From: an uncultured Candidatus Rokubacteria bacterium
Lineage (GTDB): Bacteria > Methylomirabilota > Methylomirabilia > Rokubacteriales > CSP1-6
Assembly: GCA_963789955.1 (NCBI GenBank)
Contig: CAWBMV010000020.1
Span: 32,001-96,000 of the forward strand
Length of the DNA stretch: 64,000 bases
Reading direction: 5' to 3'
How positions within the stretch are numbered: the first letter of the stretch is position 1; the number at the start of each line of letters is the position of its first letter. This document shows, piece by piece, positions 60,176 through 64,000 of this stretch. Made by a program: the position numbers and the translations under genes. The notes below the pieces were generated by a model that did not search any database, was not told where the DNA came from, and was given only the letters and a program-made list of their open reading frames with translations.

Positions 60176-61565
60176 TCATCGGGCCAGGCGCGCCACCAGC
60201 GCATCCACGACCCGCTCCATGCGCATGCCCCGCGAGCCCTTGACGAGCACGACGTCACCGGGGGCCACGCCCTTGAGGAGGTGGGCAACCGTGTCCTCGA
60301 ACGTCGTTGCGTGGTGCGCGCCGGCCAGGCCCGCGCCGCGGGCGGTCTCGACGGCGAGGCGCGCGAATCGTCCGACGCCCACGAACTCGTCGGCGCCCGC
60401 CGCGACCACCGAGCGTCCCATCTCCTGGTGCGCTTCCTCGGCGATCGCGCCGAGCTCCAGCATATCGCCGAGGACGACGATGAGCCGGCCGGACGACGCG
60501 GCACGGCGCGCGGCGACCGTCTCGAGGGCCGCGCGGACCGACACCGGATTCGCGTTGTAGGTGTCGTCGAGAATGCTGACGCCGCCCGCATCCCGCCAGA
60601 CGCAGCGGCCGGCCGCCGGCCGCGCTTCCGAGAGGCCGCGCGCGATCTCCTCCAGCGGCCAGCCGAGCGCCACCCCCACGCCGGCCGCGGCCAGCGCATT
60701 CGTCACGTTGTGACGGCCGGCGAAGGCCAGGGTCACGGGCACGCGGACACCGCCGCTCTCGAGCGTGAACGCGAGGGACTGCCCGCGCTCGACGATGTCG
60801 CCGGTCGCCCGCACGTCGGCGCCGGCCGCTCGACCGTAGGTGATGACGGGCGCTCGCGAGTCTCGCGCCATGCTCGCCACGCGCGGATCGTCGGCGTTCA
60901 GCACGGCGCGCCCCTCGGTCCCGAGCGCCTTGACGAGCTCGACCTTCTCGGCGCGGACGCCGTCGAGCGAGCCGAGAAACTCCGTGTGAGCCTGCGCGAC
61001 CGTCGTCACGGCGGCCACCGTCGGCTGCGCCAGCCCGGCGAGCGTGGCGATCTCGCCGGGGTGCTGGGTGCCGATCTCGAGCACGAGCGCCTGGTGGTCC
61101 GGGGTCAGCTTGAGCAAGCGTCAGCGGAAGACCCCACTGGTTGTTGAAGCTCCCGCTCGGCTTCAGCACGTGCCAGCGCATGCCGAGCACGCCGGCGATC
61201 AGCTCTTTCGTGGTCGTCTTCCCGTTCGAGCCCGTCACCGCGACGACCGGAATCGTGAACCGGGCGCGGTGGTACGCCGCGAGCAGGCCGAGCGCGCGGG
61301 TCGTGTCCTCCACGAGCACGAGCGGGACGTTGGCCGGCACGTCGTCGTGCAGCGTGTGGACCACCAGGCACGCCGCGCCGCGCGAGGCGGCATCGGCCAG
61401 AAACGCGTGACCGTCGAGGCGATAGCCACGGATCGCGAAGAAGGCTTCACCGACCCCGAGCGCTCGGGAATCGATCGAGACCCCGGTGATGGGCACACCG
61501 AGATCACCCGCGACGAGGGCGCCCTGCGTGGCGCGCACGATGTCCTGGACGGTGAATAGTGGCAC
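60176..61565 (-). CDS. murF: UDP-N-acetylmuramoyl-tripeptide--D-Ala-D-Ala ligase (frameshift near 61118)
   Basis: IDSR, TGSNGKTTTKE, NNQWGLPLT, DTYNANP, GDMLELG, KGSRG. Confidence 0.94.
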
Positions 61566-61572
61566 GGTCGCT

Positions 61573-63063
61573 CTAGGTCCTCTCTCCCGACAGGATCCGC
61601 CGCGCGACCTCACGGTCGTCGAACGGCAGCACGTCGGCGCCCACGATCTGATAGGTCTCGTGACCCTTTCCGGCGATGACCACCGTGTCACCCGCCTCGG
61701 CCCAGCCGAGCACCGCCCGGATCGCGCGCGCGCGATCGGGCTCGGTCGCGAAGCGGCCCGGCGCCGTACCGGCCCGCCGCACGCCGACGACGATCTCGTC
61801 GATGATCGCCTGCGGACGCTCCGAGCGCGGGTTGTCCGAGGTCACCCACACCTGGTCACACAGGCGCGCGGCGATCTCGCCCATGATCGGGCGCTTGGTG
61901 CGATCTCGATCGCCGCCGCATCCGAAGACGACCGCGAGCCGCCGGCGCGTCAGCTTGCGCGCGGTGGTCAGCACGCGCTCGAGCGCGTCGGGCGTGTGGG
62001 CGTAGTCGACGACCACGAGAAATGGCTGACCGGCCCGCACCTGCTCGAAGCGGCCGGGCACGGTGCCGACCTCGCCGAGCGCCCGTGCGATCGCGGCCGG
62101 CTCGAGGCCCAGCCCCAGACCTGTCCCGACTGCGCCGAGCAGGTTCATCACGTTGTGCTCGCCGATGAGCGGCGACGTGAGCGTCAGCCGGCCGCGCGGC
62201 GTCTCGACCGTCATCCGGATGCCGTCGAGCGACGACTCGTGCTGGACCGCTCTGACCCGCGCGGCCGCGCCCAGGCCGAACGTGAGGACGTTCAGATCGA
62301 GCCCCTCCACCATCGACATCCCGGCCGGATCGTCCGCGTTGACCACGGCCGTGCGCGCGGGCTTCGGCGATTCGGCGAGCAGCTCGAAGAGCCGGCGCTT
62401 GGCGAGCCGATAGCTCTCGAGCGTGCCGTGAAAGTCGAGATGGTCCTGGGTCAGGTTCGTGAAGACCGCGACGTCGAACGCGATCCCGTCGGCACGGGCC
62501 AGCGACAGCGCGTGCGACGACACCTCCATCGCGACGCCGCGAACCCCTCGGTCACGCATGTGCGCGAGCATCGCCTGAAGGTCGAGCGCCTCCGGCGTCG
62601 TCTGATTGGCCGGTCGCGTCTCGTCACCCAGGACGTACCCGATCGTGCCGATCACGCCCGTGGCGAGGCCGCGCGCGCGCAGCAGGGCCTCGATCAGATA
62701 CGACGTCGTCGTCTTTCCGTTGGTCCCGGTGATGCCGACGAGCGAGAGCTGCCGCGACGGGTGGCCGTAGAACGCGCCCGCGAGCCGCGCGAGCGAGACC
62801 CGCACCGACGGCACCAGCACCTGAGCCACCGGCAGGTCGGCGACCGGCTCACCCTCGGTGACCACGATCGCGGCACCGCGCCGGATGGCGTCCGGGATGA
62901 AGCGGCGCCCGTCCTGCTTGAACCCGGGAACCGCCACGAAGCAGCCGCCGGGCTCGACCTTGCGCGAGTCGCCGGCGATGGACGACACCGAGCGCGGCGG
63001 CTGGCCGATCACGCGCTTCTCGGGGAGCGCCGCGAGCAGCTCGCTCATGGCCGCACCCGCCAT
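61573..63063 (-). CDS. murE: UDP-N-acetylmuramoyl-dipeptide--DAP ligase
   Basis: TGTNGKTT, TTPE, MEVSSH, DYAHTPDA, DNPR (mDAP-type), AGKGHE. Confidence 0.97.
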   Translation of the reverse strand: MAGAAMSELLAALPEKRVIGQPPRSVSSIAGDSRKVEPGGCFVAVPGFKQDGRRFIPDAIRRGAAIVVTEGEPVADLPVAQVLVPSVRVSLARLAGAFYGHPSRQLSLVGITGTNGKTTTSYLIEALLRARGLATGVIGTIGYVLGDETRPANQTTPEALDLQAMLAHMRDRGVRGVAMEVSSHALSLARADGIAFDVAVFTNLTQDHLDFHGTLESYRLAKRRLFELLAESPKPARTAVVNADDPAGMSMVEGLDLNVLTFGLGAAARVRAVQHESSLDGIRMTVETPRGRLTLTSPLIGEHNVMNLLGAVGTGLGLGLEPAAIARALGEVGTVPGRFEQVRAGQPFLVVVDYAHTPDALERVLTTARKLTRRRLAVVFGCGGDRDRTKRPIMGEIAARLCDQVWVTSDNPRSERPQAIIDEIVVGVRRAGTAPGRFATEPDRARAIRAVLGWAEAGDTVVIAGKGHETYQIVGADVLPFDDREVARRILSGERT

Positions 63064-63064
63064 G

Positions 63065-64000
63065 TCACCTGGTACCTCCCGATGCGGTCAACGTCAGGCG
63101 TGCGACGGCACCGGGCTCGAGGGGATCGCCCGCGGCCGGCAACTGGCGAACGACACGCCCCTGGCCGGCAAGACGCACGTCGATACGGAACGGCTCGAGG
63201 GTTTCCAGCGCCTGACGCAAGGTCTTGCCGCCCAGGTCGGGCATGCGCCGTGTCCCGTCCGGCTCGCGCGCCTCCGCGGTGCTCACGAGCCGCATCCGCG
63301 CCGGGGCCAGGGGCTCGGCGGGCGGCCCGGTGACGATCTGCACCGGCTGGACGTCGCGCGGCGGCACCTCGAGATAGCGGAGGATCTCGCGGCCGATCGC
63401 GCTGAAGATCGGTGCCGCCGCCTCGCTCCCCCACTTCTCGTTGCGAGGCTCGTCGAGCGCCACCAGCATGACGAAGCGCGGCTCGTCGGCGGGCGCGAAT
63501 CCGACGAAGGACAGGACGCCCGGCGCGTGAGAATAGCGCTTGGTCGACGGGTCGAGCTTCTGCGCCGTGCCGGTCTTGCCGGCGACGGCGTAGCCGGGGA
63601 TGGCCGCGAAATGCCCGGTGCCCGACTCGACCACGCCCGTCATCAGATTCGTGAGCGTCCGCGCGGTGGTCGGCGAGATGACTTGCCGCAGCGCCTTGGC
63701 TTCGAAGCGCCGTGTCTCCTGGCCGTCGGCGTCGAAGGTGGAGCGGACGAGGCGCGGCTGCATCAGGGTGCCGCCGTTCGCGATGGCGCCGAACGCCGTC
63801 ACCAGCTGGAGCGCCGTCACCGAGATTTCCTGGCCGATCGACATCGTCGGCAGCGACAGGAGCGACCAGCGCTGCGGCTCGCGCAGGAGCCCGCGGCTCT
63901 CGCCGGCGAGGCCGACGCCGGTCGGCGCGCCGAAGCCGAACGCCTTCATGTAGCGGTAGTAGCGATCGCGGCCGAGCGACATGCCGACCTTGATCGAGCC
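63065..64000 (-). CDS. ftsI: Class B penicillin-binding protein with C-terminal PASTA (5' end off window)
   Basis: SIGQE, GKTGTAQK, AAPIF, MPDLGGKTLRQA; upstream of murE. Confidence 0.9.
   Translation of the reverse strand, partial: GSIKVGMSLGRDRYYRYMKAFGFGAPTGVGLAGESRGLLREPQRWSLLSLPTMSIGQEISVTALQLVTAFGAIANGGTLMQPRLVRSTFDADGQETRRFEAKALRQVISPTTARTLTNLMTGVVESGTGHFAAIPGYAVAGKTGTAQKLDPSTKRYSHAPGVLSFVGFAPADEPRFVMLVALDEPRNEKWGSEAAAPIFSAIGREILRYLEVPPRDVQPVQIVTGPPAEPLAPARMRLVSTAEAREPDGTRRMPDLGGKTLRQALETLEPFRIDVRLAGQGRVVRQLPAAGDPLEPGAVARLTLTASGGTR

Noticed and set aside
33687..61565. Mass pseudogenisation or programmed frameshifting (integrase, arc, serA, pgeF, murF and others)
   Set aside because: Single-base indels hit essential genes such as murF with otherwise intact motifs; sequencing or assembly error is more likely and needs read polishing to confirm

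Overview
High-GC bacterial chromosome window; the gene families resemble Rokubacteria/Methylomirabilota, which is my inference only. Right half (36-64 kb) is housekeeping: proteasome ATPase arc, purA, hisZ, a probable non-canonical serine-biosynthesis set, mtnA, yggS/proC/yggT/divIVA and a dcw cluster lacking murG and ddl. Left half holds two related genomic islands in tandem (about 1.9-16.2 kb and 16.2-34.9 kb) at the 3' end of tRNA-Lys(TTT). They carry three copies of a 45-bp att core, paired TCAGCGCAA arm-like repeats and one tyrosine integrase. The islands separate bpa from arc, and both proteins end in GQYL. They are mosaics of a few recurring backbone modules (orphan ABC substrate-binding proteins and unnamed families I call X, Z, S, V, W, plus ligase fragments) into which cargo has been spliced, with visible microhomology at some junctions. 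The best candidate for a new system is an operon at 2.3-3.7 kb, not called correctly by the ORF track: three 40-aa secreted peptides sharing an HNET(L/S)V(R/C)D motif, followed by a stand-alone TPR protein, behind a sigma54-like promoter. Many single-base frameshifts, including in murF, point to sequencing or assembly error, so split genes should not be read as true pseudogenes.
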